From NCBI RefSeq assembly GCF_016026235.1, contig NZ_CP065613.1: DNA of 64,000 nucleotides; one strand, written 5' to 3'. Positions within the stretch are counted from its first letter, which is position 1, and each line of letters begins with the position of its first letter. The notes under the pieces are model-generated. The model had not been told where the DNA came from. It saw nothing but the letters and a program-made list of their open reading frames with translations, and made no database searches. A program made the translations under genes and the position numbers. Below are positions 34,846-47,110 of this stretch, piece after piece. Source of the stretch: Escherichia coli (GTDB taxonomy: Bacteria; Pseudomonadota; Gammaproteobacteria; Enterobacterales; Enterobacteriaceae).

Positions 34846-34852
34846 AAGAAGA

Positions 34853-34876
34853 CGTTGCGTTTTGATTAACGCAACG
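34853..34876. terminator. bidirectional hairpin between convergent yraK and rsmI
   Basis: cgttgcgtt-ttgatt-aacgcaacg hairpin with flanking A-run. Confidence 0.5.
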
Positions 34877-34887
34877 CTTCGGCACTG

Positions 34888-35748
34888 TTACTCCTGCTGC
34901 TCCAGCGCATACTTATACAGCGCATTTTTCTTCACGCCGTGAATTTCTGCGGCCAGCGCCGCCGCTTTTTTCAGCGGCAGTTCTGCCTGTAGCAGAGCCA
35001 GCGTGCGCAGGGCATCAGCAGGCAGGTCTTCTTCCTGTGCTTTATGACCTTCGACAATCAGCACCATTTCGCCTTTGCGACGGTTTTCATCTTCCTTTAC
35101 CCACGCCAGCAGCTCGCCAACGGGCGCGCCGTGAATGGTTTCCCAGGTTTTGGTCAGCTCACGCGCCAGAACCACGTAGCGGGATTCGCCTAATACCGCA
35201 ACGATATCTTCCAGGCTATCTAACAGACGGTGGGTAGATTCATAAAAAATCAGCGTGCGCGGCTCCGCTTCAATGGCTTTTAGCGCATCACGGCGGCCTT
35301 TTGATTTGGCAGGTAAAAAGCCTTCGTAACAGAAACGGTCAGAGGGTAAACCCGCGGCGCTTAACGCAGTGATAGCAGCACACGGTCCGGGTAGCGGCAC
35401 CACACGAATCCCCGCTTCACGGCAGGTACGCACCAGATGGTAGCCAGGATCGTTAATTAGCGGCGTTCCGGCATCGGAAACCAGCGCAATGTTTTGCCCC
35501 TCTTGCAGCTTCGCCAGCAACGTTTCGGCTTTTTGTTGTTCGTTATGGTCGTGCAGCGCAAACAACCGGGCATTAATCCCAAAATGTTGCAGCAATAAAC
35601 CGGTGTGACGAGTATCCTCGGCGGCAATCAGATCAACGGCCTGTAATACCTCTAACGCACGCTGGGTGATATCCGCCAGATTGCCGATTGGCGTCGGTAC
35701 AATGTAAAGCTGGCCCTGAGAATTATCCGCCGATTGGTGTTGTTTCAT
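34888..35748 (-). CDS. rsmI: 16S rRNA 2'-O-ribose C1402 methyltransferase
   Basis: 286-aa ORF. Confidence 0.9.
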
Positions 35749-35812
35749 TGTGTCGTCCGTATTGCCGATTTAATATTGAGCATTGCGTAAAAAAAATATC
35801 ACTGGATACATT

Positions 35813-37849
35813 ATGGTACCCTCAACATTTTCTCGTTTGAAAGCCGCGCGTTGTCTGCCTGTTGTTCTGGCAGCCCTGATTTTCGCCGGTTGTGGCACCC
35901 ATACTCCCGATCAGTCCACTGCTTATATGCAGGGCACGGCGCAGGCTGATTCTGCCTTTTATCTTCAGCAGATGCAGCAAAGCTCTGATGATACCAGGAT
36001 CAACTGGCAATTACTCGCCATTCGTGCACTGGTGAAAGAAGGTAAAACCGGGCAGGCGGTTGAGTTGTTTAACCAACTACCGCAAGAACTGAACGATTCT
36101 CAGCGTCGCGAGAAAACACTGCTGGCGGCAGAGATTAAACTGGCGCAGAAAGATTTTGCTGGCGCGCAAAACTTGCTGGCGAAAATCACACCTGCCGATT
36201 TAGAACAAAACCAGCAAGCGCGTTACTGGCAGGCAAAAATCGATGCCAGCCAGGGGCGTCCTTCCATTGATTTACTGCGCGCGTTAATTGCTCAGGAACC
36301 GCTGCTTGGCGCGAAAGAAAAACAGCAGAATATTGATGCCACCTGGCAGGCGCTCTCCTCCATGACTCAGGAACAAGCGAATACGCTGGTGATCAACGCC
36401 GACGAAAATATTCTGCAAGGCTGGCTGGATCTGCAGCGCGTCTGGTTTGATAACCGTAACGATCCCGACATGATGAAAGCCGGGATCGCCGACTGGCAGA
36501 AACGTTATCCGAACAACCCGGGCGCGAAAATGCTGCCAACGCAGTTGGTTAACGTAAAAGCGTTTAAACCAGCCTCGACCAACAAAATCGCCCTGCTGTT
36601 GCCACTGAATGGCCAGGCAGCGGTATTTGGTCGCACTATTCAGCAAGGCTTTGAAGCGGCGAAAAATATCGGCACTCAGCCAGTGGCAGCTCAGGTAGCT
36701 GCCGCACCTGCCGCAGACGTAGCAGAACAACCTCAACCGCAAACCGTGGATGGCGTTGCCAGCCCGGCACAAGCCTCGGTTAGCGATCTGACCGGTGAAC
36801 AGCCTGCAGCCCAGCCGGTGCCTGTAAGCGCCCCGGCGACAAGCTCCGCAGCGGTAATCGCACCCGCAAATCCATCCGCAGAGCTGAAAATCTACGATAC
36901 CTCATCACAACCACTTAGCCAGATCTTAAGCCAGGTTCAGCAGGATGGCGCGAGTATTGTGGTCGGTCCGTTGCTGAAAAATAACGTTGAAGAGTTGCTG
37001 AAGAGCAACACTCCGCTGAACGTACTGGCACTGAACCAGCCGGAGAATATCGAAAATCGCGTCAATATTTGTTACTTCGCGCTTTCACCGGAAGACGAAG
37101 CGCGCGATGCAGCGCGTCATATTCGTGACCAGGGTAAACAAGCGCCGCTGGTGCTGATCCCACGCAGTTCATTGGGCGATCGCGTAGCCAATGCGTTTGC
37201 ACAAGAGTGGCAAAAACTGGGCGGCGGCACCGTTCTGCAACAAAAATTTGGTTCCACCAGCGAATTACGCGCGGGTGTTAACGGCAGTTCTGGTATTGCT
37301 TTAACGGGTAGCCCGATTACTCTCAGAGCGACAACCGACTCCGGCATGACGACCAACAATCCAACACTGCAAACCACGCCAACCGATGACCAGTTCACCA
37401 ATAATGGCGGTCGTGTCGATGCGGTGTACATTGTGGCAACGCCGGGTGAAATCGCTTTTATTAAACCGATGATCGCCATGCGTAACGGTAGCCAGAGCGG
37501 TGCAACGCTGTACGCCAGCTCCCGCAGTGCGCAAGGGACCGCTGGCCCGGATTTCCGACTGGAGATGGAAGGCTTGCAGTACAGCGAAATCCCGATGCTG
37601 GCAGGCGGTAATCTACCGTTAATGCAGCAGGCACTCAGCGCGGTGAATAACGATTATTCACTGGCTCGCATGTATGCGATGGGCGTCGATGCCTGGTCGC
37701 TGGCAAATCATTTCTCACAAATGCGCCAGGTTCAGGGTTTTGAAATCAACGGTAATACCGGAAGCCTGACGGCTAACCCGGATTGCGTGATTAACAGGAA
37801 GTTATCATGGCTACAGTACCAACAAGGTCAGGTAGTCCCCGCCAGTTAA
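35813..37849 (+). CDS. lpoA: outer-membrane lipoprotein activator of PBP1A
   Basis: ORF track 35783..37849; start at [10 protein letters not shown], lipobox AGC, 678 aa. Confidence 0.9.
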   Translation: MVPSTFSRLKAARCLPVVLAALIFAGCGTHTPDQSTAYMQGTAQADSAFYLQQMQQSSDDTRINWQLLAIRALVKEGKTGQAVELFNQLPQELNDSQRREKTLLAAEIKLAQKDFAGAQNLLAKITPADLEQNQQARYWQAKIDASQGRPSIDLLRALIAQEPLLGAKEKQQNIDATWQALSSMTQEQANTLVINADENILQGWLDLQRVWFDNRNDPDMMKAGIADWQKRYPNNPGAKMLPTQLVNVKAFKPASTNKIALLLPLNGQAAVFGRTIQQGFEAAKNIGTQPVAAQVAAAPAADVAEQPQPQTVDGVASPAQASVSDLTGEQPAAQPVPVSAPATSSAAVIAPANPSAELKIYDTSSQPLSQILSQVQQDGASIVVGPLLKNNVEELLKSNTPLNVLALNQPENIENRVNICYFALSPEDEARDAARHIRDQGKQAPLVLIPRSSLGDRVANAFAQEWQKLGGGTVLQQKFGSTSELRAGVNGSSGIALTGSPITLRATTDSGMTTNNPTLQTTPTDDQFTNNGGRVDAVYIVATPGEIAFIKPMIAMRNGSQSGATLYASSRSAQGTAGPDFRLEMEGLQYSEIPMLAGGNLPLMQQALSAVNNDYSLARMYAMGVDAWSLANHFSQMRQVQGFEINGNTGSLTANPDCVINRKLSWLQYQQGQVVPAS

Positions 37850-38202
37850 CCACCAAACAGACCGGCGATGCGTGGGAAGTACAAGCGCGTCGCTGGCTGG
37901 AAGGCAAAGGACTGCGATTTGTCGCCGCTAACGTGAACGAGCGTGGCGGCGAGATCGATCTGATAATGCGTGAAGGCCGGACCACCGTTTTTGTCGAGGT
38001 GCGTTACCGCCGTTCTGCGCTTTATGGCGGCGCGGCAGCCAGTGTGACCCGCAGCAAACAACACAAATTATTACAGACTGCCCGCTTGTGGCTCGCGCGT
38101 CATAATGGGAGTTTTGATACTGTGGATTGCCGGTTCGATGTGGTAGCCTTCACCGGGAATGAGGTTGAGTGGATTAAGGATGCCTTTAATGACCACTCAT
38201 AA
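37807..38202 (+). CDS. yraN: UPF0102 protein YraN (endonuclease-like)
   Basis: 131-aa ORF overlapping lpoA 3' end. Confidence 0.85.
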   Translation: MATVPTRSGSPRQLTTKQTGDAWEVQARRWLEGKGLRFVAANVNERGGEIDLIMREGRTTVFVEVRYRRSALYGGAAASVTRSKQHKLLQTARLWLARHNGSFDTVDCRFDVVAFTGNEVEWIKDAFNDHS

Positions 38203-38221
38203 TTAAGGTTTAAGGATTAGC

Positions 38222-38812
38222 GTGCAAGAAAGAATTAAAGCTTGCTTCACTGAAAGCATTCAAACTCAAATTGCGGCGGCAGAGGCGCTTCCGGATGCCA
38301 TCTCCCGTGCGGCCATGACGCTGGTTCAGTCTCTGCTCAATGGCAACAAAATCCTCTGTTGTGGTAATGGAACTTCCGCTGCCAATGCACAGCATTTTGC
38401 TGCCAGCATGATCAACCGTTTCGAAACGGAGCGGCCCAGCTTACCTGCCATTGCACTAAATACTGATAATGTTGTCTTAACGGCGATTGCCAACGATCGC
38501 TTACATGATGAAGTGTATGCAAAACAGGTGCGGGCGCTGGGTCATGCGGGAGATGTATTGTTAGCCATTTCTACCCGTGGCAACAGCCGCGATATTGTAA
38601 AAGCGGTAGAAGCTGCCGTTACGCGTGATATGACCATTGTGGCATTGACCGGCTATGACGGCGGTGAACTTGCAGGTTTGTTAGGGCCACAGGATGTGGA
38701 GATCCGCATTCCTTCGCATCGTAGTACTCGCATTCAGGAAATGCATATGCTGACGGTAAATTGCCTGTGCGATCTGATCGATAACACGCTTTTCCCTCAC
38801 CAGGATGATTAA
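38222..38812 (+). CDS. diaA: DnaA initiator-associating protein (SIS domain)
   Basis: 196-aa ORF. Confidence 0.9.
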   Translation: MQERIKACFTESIQTQIAAAEALPDAISRAAMTLVQSLLNGNKILCCGNGTSAANAQHFAASMINRFETERPSLPAIALNTDNVVLTAIANDRLHDEVYAKQVRALGHAGDVLLAISTRGNSRDIVKAVEAAVTRDMTIVALTGYDGGELAGLLGPQDVEIRIPSHRSTRIQEMHMLTVNCLCDLIDNTLFPHQDD

Positions 38813-38821
38813 GGAGAATAC

Positions 38822-39397
38822 ATGAAGGCATTATCGCCAATCGCAGTCCTTATTTCCGCGCTGCTGTTGCAAGGTTGTGTTGCCGCTGCCGTAGTGGGTA
38901 CCGCTGCTGTGGGTACCAAAGCCGCAACTGACCCACGCAGTGTCGGCACCCAGGTGGACGATGGTACCCTGGAAGTGCGCGTGAACAGCGCATTGTCGAA
39001 AGACGAACAGATTAAGAAAGAAGCGCGCATTAATGTAACGGCCTATCAGGGCAAAGTGCTGCTGGTTGGGCAGTCACCAAACGCTGAACTTTCGGCTCGC
39101 GCCAAACAGATTGCTATGGGCGTAGACGGTGCCAACGAAGTGTATAACGAGATTCGTCAGGGCCAGCCGATTGGTCTGGGCGAAGCGTCTAATGATACGT
39201 GGATCACCACCAAAGTGCGTTCGCAGCTCTTAACCAGCGACCTGGTGAAATCGTCCAACGTGAAAGTGACCACCGAAAACGGTGAAGTGTTCCTGATGGG
39301 GCTGGTGACTGAACGTGAAGCGAAAGCGGCGGCAGATATTGCCAGCCGGGTGAGCGGCGTGAAGCGGGTAACTACGGCGTTTACGTTTATTAAATAG
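38822..39397 (+). CDS. dolP: dual-BON-domain outer-membrane lipoprotein
   Basis: 191-aa ORF, lipobox LLQGC. Confidence 0.9.
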   Translation: MKALSPIAVLISALLLQGCVAAAVVGTAAVGTKAATDPRSVGTQVDDGTLEVRVNSALSKDEQIKKEARINVTAYQGKVLLVGQSPNAELSARAKQIAMGVDGANEVYNEIRQGQPIGLGEASNDTWITTKVRSQLLTSDLVKSSNVKVTTENGEVFLMGLVTEREAKAAADIASRVSGVKRVTTAFTFIK

Positions 39398-39404
39398 CAG
39401 CCCC

Positions 39405-39500
39405 TTGTAATGCCTGATGCGACGCTTGCCGCGTCTTATCAGGCCTACAACGATGCAAACCGTAGGTCGGATAAGGCGTTTACGCCGCATCCGACATGTT
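39405..39500. repeat. BIME composed of two REP elements
   Basis: gcctgatgcgacgcttgccgcgtcttatcaggcctac and gtaggtcggataaggcgtttacgccgcatccgacat. Confidence 0.7.
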
Positions 39501-39510
39501 TTCCCTCAAA

Positions 39511-40551
39511 TCAGAACAACAGCGCCAGCCCGCCGACAATCACACCAGACACTGCCACCATCGCCCCTGTCAGCCATAAGGCTTTCGCCGGGAACGCTTT
39601 GCGCAGCATAATCAGTGACGGCAAACTCACTGCCGGGAGCGTCATCAACAATGCCAGCGCCGGAGCGGTTCCCATACCTGCCAGCATCATCGTTTGTACA
39701 ATCGGAATTTCTGCTGCCGTGGGAATGACAAACAAGCATCCTGCTACCGCCATCGCCACCACCCACATCAGGCTGTTATCGACAGCACCATCGGCATGGG
39801 GGAATAACCAGACGCGAGCGGCACCCAACACCAGTACTGCAAGGATGTAAACCGGGATCGTACTCCAGAAAAGCGTCCATAGCGCCCTGCCCCAGCGGCT
39901 AAAAAATCCGCCCTGTGCTTCCGGTATGTCAATTTCGACCGGTGCTTGCGTTTGCGGTGTTTCACGCACCCATTTTTGCACCAGCGTCGCAATCAGCAAC
40001 ACCATCACCAGCCCCGCCACCAGACGAATCGCCACAAACCCCCAGCCGAGGACGAACCCCATAAACACCAGCGTCGCCGGGTTTAACAACGGATTGCCCA
40101 TCCAGAATGCCAGCGCACCGCCCATCGACACCTGTTGGCGACGCATTCCCGCCGCGACCGGAGCCGCACAGCAGGTACACATCATGCCCGGCAGCGAAAA
40201 CAGCGTTCCCAGCAGCGTGCCGCGAAAGCGCGATTGCCCAAGCGTACGCAACAACCAGTCACGCGGGATCAGCACCTGAATCAACGAACCGAGGATCACC
40301 CCCAGCACCGCCGCTTTCCATACTGCGAGGAAATAGATCATCGCGTAATCCAACGCCGCTTGCCACGGATTAGCATCCGCCTGCGCAAGGATAGATTTAC
40401 CGATACTGTGGGTTTCGGCAGCAGTAAACGCTTTGCCGTAGTAAGGTTGCCATTTCACATACCAGAGACCGGCAATGACAACGAGAAAGAAAAGCGCGGG
40501 TTTCCACCACTGAATGGGCGTTGCCGCCTGAGATGAAGACTGACCAGTCAT
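39511..40551 (-). CDS. yraQ: putative permease YraQ
   Basis: 346-aa membrane ORF. Confidence 0.85.
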   Translation of the reverse strand: MTGQSSSQAATPIQWWKPALFFLVVIAGLWYVKWQPYYGKAFTAAETHSIGKSILAQADANPWQAALDYAMIYFLAVWKAAVLGVILGSLIQVLIPRDWLLRTLGQSRFRGTLLGTLFSLPGMMCTCCAAPVAAGMRRQQVSMGGALAFWMGNPLLNPATLVFMGFVLGWGFVAIRLVAGLVMVLLIATLVQKWVRETPQTQAPVEIDIPEAQGGFFSRWGRALWTLFWSTIPVYILAVLVLGAARVWLFPHADGAVDNSLMWVVAMAVAGCLFVIPTAAEIPIVQTMMLAGMGTAPALALLMTLPAVSLPSLIMLRKAFPAKALWLTGAMVAVSGVIVGGLALLF

Positions 40552-40623
40552 AGCATTCCCCAGGAATAAGTTATGATAATTGAGCGCGTGAATATTACGC
40601 TCACTATCAATCCTTGGGAATAA

Positions 40624-41348
<725 letters not shown>

Positions 41349-41349
41349 A

Positions 41350-41884
<535 letters not shown>

Positions 41885-41905
<21 letters not shown>

Positions 41906-42328
41906 GTCGCGTAGCCAAATCATTTTTTTACCAAAGCCCAGCGTGTTGTCGGTGAATTTGATTTCATCGAGCCGGATTTCCCACACCGGGGCCGACAGCA
42001 TTCTGGCAACCGGAAAGCGACGATTGTACGCCTTGCGCGCGAGGTCGCTTTCCTCACCTTCCAGCCTGCGGATCTCACCTTTAAACTGCACACCGCGAAT
42101 TAACGCTACCGTTTTCGGCTGACCGTTTACCGTTCCGGCAACCGCAGCCTGCGGCCCACTCATCTGCGCGTGGCGCGTTTTTTCTTCCGTCAAAATGTAG
42201 AAGGCGACTTTCTGCGCATCAAACAGATAAAAAGCATTAGCGCACCACAGTTCCCCTTCCTGCTGCACACACCAGGTGACAACATGTTGTTTTGCCAACC
42301 AACGGCTGATGGTGATGAGTGTTTCCAT
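41885..42328 (-). CDS. yhbP: UPF0306 protein YhbP
   Basis: 147-aa ORF. Confidence 0.85.
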
Positions 42329-42378
42329 TGCTGTTCTCTTTTATACTGTGGGCCTGACCTTAACATGCGACGCAGACG

Positions 42379-42681
42379 ATGACACCCTGGTTTCTTTACT
42401 TGATCCGTACCGCCGACAATAAGCTTTATACCGGGATCACCACGGATGTCGAACGCCGCTATCAGCAGCACCAAAGCGGCAAAGGGGCGAAAGCACTGCG
42501 CGGGAAAGGAGAACTGACGCTGGCGTTTTCTGCGCCAGTGGGCGACCGTTCGCTGGCACTACGGGCGGAATATCGCGTTAAGCAACTGACCAAACGGCAA
42601 AAAGAGCGTCTGGTAGCGGAAGGCGCAGGGTTTGCAGAACTGTTGAGCAGCCTGCAAACCCCGGAGATTAAAAGCGATTGA
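42379..42681 (+). CDS. yhbQ: GIY-YIG domain protein
   Basis: 100-aa [31 protein letters not shown] motif. Confidence 0.85.
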
Positions 42682-43171
42682 AATGCTCGTGATACTCAAC
42701 CAGACCGGTTACGCCATTCAGCGCGTCATCCGCTAAACGATGTACCTGGAAGGCGCTTTCAGTGCCCGGCCAGCGGCAACGCAGATCGTGATGCGCCGCC
42801 AGTTCAAAGCCGAAACGACTGTACAGCGCCGGATCGCCCAGCGTCACCACTGCGGCATAGCCGAACTCATTAAGCGAATCGAGTCCTTCATAGACCAGTT
42901 GGCGTGCCAGCCCCTGTCCACGGTATTTTTCATCAACCGCCAACGGTGCCATGCCGACCCATTGCAGGTCTTCGCCCTGCACATCAACCGGACTAAATGC
43001 CACATAGCCAATGACCTGACCTTCGTCATCTGTCGCCACCAGTCCCAGCGTCAGAAAGCCATCTTCACGCAGATCGTGAACCAGCTTCGCTTCCGCATCA
43101 CTTTCGAATGAGCGACGCAGCAGGGCATCAATACCCGGCGCATCAATGGGAATTTCTACTCGAATTAGCAT
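42668..43171 (-). CDS. yhbS: GNAT acetyltransferase
   Basis: 167-aa ORF. Confidence 0.85.
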
Positions 43172-43689
43172 GGTTCACCTACCGATGTCTGTTTGGTTTC
43201 AGGCGCGGTTTTCATTCCCGCCTCAACAAAATCCGCCAGTTGCAGCAGCATCATGCGTAAGGCTTTCGGCATTTGCTCCAGTTCAATGGCGTCCATCAGG
43301 TTTTTCACATACAGCCCCAGCTCCGTATCGCCTTCAATCACCAGCCGACGCTGGAAGAAGAGCGTATCTGGATCTTGTTTACGCGCCGCAATCATCAGCA
43401 GATCGCTGGCGTCGGCACTAAAACTCACATCAGCTTGCGCGTTCTGGCTGACCACCAGTTTGCCATTCACCACCGAGGTAAACCATTGCAGGTCAATATC
43501 ACGCACATGAATACTTAACCAGCGGCCTTCAAGAAACTCCAGCTCGCCATCATCCAGCGCCTGACGGAATTGCCAGCTTAAGACCTGCTCAAGAACCTGG
43601 CGTTTTAGCGCAAATGGCGTCAGTTTTACCGGTACACTCAACAGAGATGGCCCCAAATGCACAATACGGGAACGCAGTTTATCCAACAC
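43165..43689 (-). CDS. ubiT: SCP2-domain protein, O2-independent ubiquinone biosynthesis accessory factor
   Basis: ORF track 43165..43713; GTG start giving 174 aa. Confidence 0.8.
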   Translation of the reverse strand: MLDKLRSRIVHLGPSLLSVPVKLTPFALKRQVLEQVLSWQFRQALDDGELEFLEGRWLSIHVRDIDLQWFTSVVNGKLVVSQNAQADVSFSADASDLLMIAARKQDPDTLFFQRRLVIEGDTELGLYVKNLMDAIELEQMPKALRMMLLQLADFVEAGMKTAPETKQTSVGEPC

Positions 43690-43897
43690 GAGTTTTACTC
43701 CCTGTTTCAACAATCATCCTATTTTGCCATATCAGAAAAATAACATAGCGGTATAAATCAACAATTCCATATGAAATTGCTGCTACCACCAATACAACTT
43801 TAACTGCCTTAAATCAAAAATTGTCGCAGCAAGGTTAACTAAAATCCCAGTTCGTTAACATTTTTGCGTTTTGATAGCGCAACCTTCAGGAAAAATT

Positions 43898-44893
43898 ATG
43901 GAGCTGCTCTGCCCTGCCGGAAATCTCCCGGCGCTTAAGGCGGCCATCGAAAACGGCGCAGATGCTGTTTATATCGGGCTAAAAGATGATACCAATGCCC
44001 GTCACTTCGCCGGCCTTAACTTTACCGAGAAAAAATTGCAGGAAGCGGTGAGTTTTGTCCATCAACATCGCCGCAAACTTCACATCGCGATTAACACTTT
44101 TGCGCATCCGGACGGTTACGCCCGTTGGCAGCGCGCCGTGGATATGGCGGCGCAGCTGGGTGCCGACGCGCTGATCCTCGCCGACCTCGCCATGCTGGAA
44201 TACGCCGCCGAGCGTTATCCGCATATTGAGCGCCACGTATCGGTGCAGGCTTCGGCGACCAATGAAGAGGCGATTAACTTTTATCATCGCCATTTTGACG
44301 TTGCCCGCGTGGTGCTGCCGCGCGTGTTGTCGATTCATCAGGTGAAACAGCTGGCACGGGTCACACCTGTACCACTGGAAGTGTTTGCTTTCGGCAGCCT
44401 GTGCATTATGTCGGAAGGCCGTTGCTATCTGTCGTCGTATCTGACGGGTGAGTCGCCTAACACCGTGGGCGCGTGTTCTCCGGCCCGTTTCGTGCGCTGG
44501 CAACAAACGCCGCAGGGGCTGGAATCCCGCCTGAACGAAGTGCTGATCGACCGTTATCAGGACGGCGAAAACGCAGGTTATCCGACGCTGTGTAAAGGGC
44601 GTTATCTGGTGGACGGCGAGCGCTATCACGCGCTGGAAGAACCAACCAGTCTCAATACCCTGGAACTGCTGCCGGAGTTAATGGCGGCGAATATTGCTTC
44701 GGTGAAAATTGAAGGCCGCCAGCGTAGCCCGGCGTATGTCAGCCAGGTGGCGAAAGTCTGGCGTCAGGCTATCGACCGTTGTAAGGCCGATCCGCAAAAC
44801 TTCATACCGCAAAGCGCGTGGATGGAGACGCTCGGGTCGATGTCCGAAGGCACGCAGACCACCCTTGGCGCGTATCACCGTAAATGGCAGTGA
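43898..44893 (+). CDS. ubiU: peptidase U32-family protein, O2-independent ubiquinone hydroxylation
   Basis: ORF track 43871..44893; start at MELLCPAGNL, 331 aa. Confidence 0.85.
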   Translation: MELLCPAGNLPALKAAIENGADAVYIGLKDDTNARHFAGLNFTEKKLQEAVSFVHQHRRKLHIAINTFAHPDGYARWQRAVDMAAQLGADALILADLAMLEYAAERYPHIERHVSVQASATNEEAINFYHRHFDVARVVLPRVLSIHQVKQLARVTPVPLEVFAFGSLCIMSEGRCYLSSYLTGESPNTVGACSPARFVRWQQTPQGLESRLNEVLIDRYQDGENAGYPTLCKGRYLVDGERYHALEEPTSLNTLELLPELMAANIASVKIEGRQRSPAYVSQVAKVWRQAIDRCKADPQNFIPQSAWMETLGSMSEGTQTTLGAYHRKWQ

Positions 44894-44901
44894 GAAGAGC
44901 A

Positions 44902-45780
44902 ATGAAATATTCCTTAGGGCCAGTGCTGTGGTACTGGCCAAAAGAGACGCTGGAAGATTTTTATCAGCAGGCCGCCACCAGCAGCGCCGACGTGATTTAT
45001 CTTGGTGAAGCGGTATGCAGCAAGCGCCGGGCAACCAAAGTTGGCGACTGGCTGGAGATGGCAAAATCGCTCGCAGGAAGTGGCAAGCAGATTGTGCTCT
45101 CCACGCTGGCGCTGGTGCAGGCATCCTCTGAACTGGGCGAACTGAAACGCTATGTTGAGAACGGTGAGTTTCTGATTGAAGCCAGCGATCTCGGCGTGGT
45201 GAATATGTGCGCTGAACGCAAACTGCCGTTCGTCGCCGGGCACGCGCTGAACTGCTACAACGCGGTGACGCTGAAAATATTGCTCAAACAGAGCATGATG
45301 CGCTGGTGTATGCCGGTGGAGCTTTCCCGCGACTGGCTGGTGAATCTGCTTAATCAGTGCGATGAGCTGGGCATTCGCAACCAGTTTGAAGTGGAAGTCC
45401 TGAGCTACGGTCATCTACCGCTGGCCTACTCCGCTCGCTGCTTTACCGCGCGTTCGGAAGACCGCCCGAAAGATGAGTGTGAAACCTGCTGCATTAAGTA
45501 TCCGAACGGGCGCAACGTGCTGTCGCAGGAAAACCAACAAGTGTTTGTACTCAATGGCATTCAGACCATGAGCGGCTACGTTTACAACCTCGGTAACGAG
45601 CTGACATCCATGCAGGGATTGGTTGATGTGGTCCGCCTGTCACCGCAGGGTACTGACACTTTCGCGATGCTCGACGCCTTCCGCGCTAATGAAAATGGCG
45701 CTGCGCCACTATTGTTGACGGCAAACAGCGACTGTAACGGCTACTGGCGGCGGCTGGCAGGACTGGAGCTGCAAGCCTAA
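44902..45780 (+). CDS. ubiV: peptidase U32-family protein, partner of UbiU
   Basis: ORF track 44884..45780; start at MKYSLGPVLWYWPKE, 292 aa. Confidence 0.85.
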   Translation: MKYSLGPVLWYWPKETLEDFYQQAATSSADVIYLGEAVCSKRRATKVGDWLEMAKSLAGSGKQIVLSTLALVQASSELGELKRYVENGEFLIEASDLGVVNMCAERKLPFVAGHALNCYNAVTLKILLKQSMMRWCMPVELSRDWLVNLLNQCDELGIRNQFEVEVLSYGHLPLAYSARCFTARSEDRPKDECETCCIKYPNGRNVLSQENQQVFVLNGIQTMSGYVYNLGNELTSMQGLVDVVRLSPQGTDTFAMLDAFRANENGAAPLLLTANSDCNGYWRRLAGLELQA

Positions 45781-45910
45781 GTAAATATGCTCGTCATACT
45801 TCAAGTTGCATGTGCTGCATCTGCATTCGTTCACCCCAGTCACTTACTTATGTAAGCTCCTGGGGATTCACTCTCTTGTCGCCTTCCTGCAACTCGAATT
45901 ATTTAGAGCA

Positions 45911-45983
45911 CAGCTCACTTTGTTAACAACTTTAACTACTCTTTAATGCAGTATTAAAGATTAATCGGTAACAAAGTGAGCTG
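45911..45983 (+). promoter_or_regulatory. nested inverted repeat immediately upstream of yhbW start codon
   Basis: 15-bp perfect arms CAGCTCACTTTGTTA (45911..45925) / TAACAAAGTGAGCTG (45969..45983) enclosing inner hairpin ctttaat-gcagt-attaaag; ATG at 45986. Confidence 0.5.
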
Positions 45984-45985
45984 TT

Positions 45986-46993
45986 ATGACTGATAAAACC
46001 ATTGCGTTTTCGCTACTCGATCTGGCCCCCATTCCCGAAGGTTCTTCAGCGCGAGAAGCATTCTCCCACTCTCTCGATCTCGCCCGTCTGGCTGAAAAGC
46101 GCGGCTATCATCGCTACTGGCTGGCAGAACACCACAATATGACTGGCATTGCCAGTGCTGCCACGTCGGTATTGATTGGCTATCTGGCGGCGAATACCAC
46201 CACGCTGCATCTGGGGTCTGGCGGCGTGATGTTGCCTAACCACTCACCGTTGGTCATTGCCGAACAGTTCGGCACGCTCAATACACTCTATCCGGGGCGA
46301 ATCGATTTGGGGCTGGGTCGTGCGCCAGGTAGTGACCAACGGACAATGATGGCGCTGCGTCGCCATATGAGCGGCGATATTGATAATTTCCCCCGCGATG
46401 TCGCGGAGCTGGTGGACTGGTTTGACGCCCGCGATCCCAATCCGCATGTGCGCCCGGTACCAGGCTATGGCGAGAAAATCCCCGTGTGGTTGTTAGGCTC
46501 CAGCCTTTACAGCGCGCAACTGGCGGCGCAGCTTGGTCTGCCGTTCGCGTTTGCCTCACACTTCGCGCCGGATATGTTGTTCCAGGCGCTGCATCTTTAT
46601 CGCAGCAACTTCAAACCGTCGGCACGACTGGAAAAACCATACGCGATGGTGTGCATCAATATTATCGCCGCCGACAGCAACCGCGATGCTGAGTTTCTGT
46701 TTACCTCAATGCAGCAAGCCTTTGTGAAGTTGCGCCGTGGCGAAACCGGGCAACTGCCGCCACCGATTCAAAATATGGATCAGTTCTGGTCGCCGTCCGA
46801 ACAGTATGGTGTGCAGCAGGCGCTGAGTATGTCGTTGGTAGGTGATAAAGCGAAAGTGCGTCATGGCTTGCAGTCGATCCTGCGCGAAACCGACGCCGAT
46901 GAGATTATGGTCAACGGGCAGATTTTCGACCACCAGGCGCGGCTGCATTCGTTTGAGCTGGCGATGGATGTTAAGGAAGAGTTGTTGGGATAG
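45986..46993 (+). CDS. yhbW: luciferase-like (flavin-dependent) monooxygenase
   Basis: 335-aa ORF. Confidence 0.85.
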   Translation: MTDKTIAFSLLDLAPIPEGSSAREAFSHSLDLARLAEKRGYHRYWLAEHHNMTGIASAATSVLIGYLAANTTTLHLGSGGVMLPNHSPLVIAEQFGTLNTLYPGRIDLGLGRAPGSDQRTMMALRRHMSGDIDNFPRDVAELVDWFDARDPNPHVRPVPGYGEKIPVWLLGSSLYSAQLAAQLGLPFAFASHFAPDMLFQALHLYRSNFKPSARLEKPYAMVCINIIAADSNRDAEFLFTSMQQAFVKLRRGETGQLPPPIQNMDQFWSPSEQYGVQQALSMSLVGDKAKVRHGLQSILRETDADEIMVNGQIFDHQARLHSFELAMDVKEELLG

Positions 46994-46999
46994 TGTGTC

Positions 47000-47105
47000 T
47001 TAACGCGGGAAGCCTTATCCGAGCTGGCAACGCTGTCCTACGTAGACCTGATAAGCGAAGCGCATCAGGCATTGTGTAGGCAGCAGAAATGTCGGATAAG
47101 GCACC
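47000..47105. repeat. REP/BIME-like palindromic elements
   Basis: gccttatccgagctggcaacg, cctgataagcgaagcgcatcaggc, tgtcggataaggcaccgc. Confidence 0.55.
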
Positions 47106-47110
47106 GCTGA

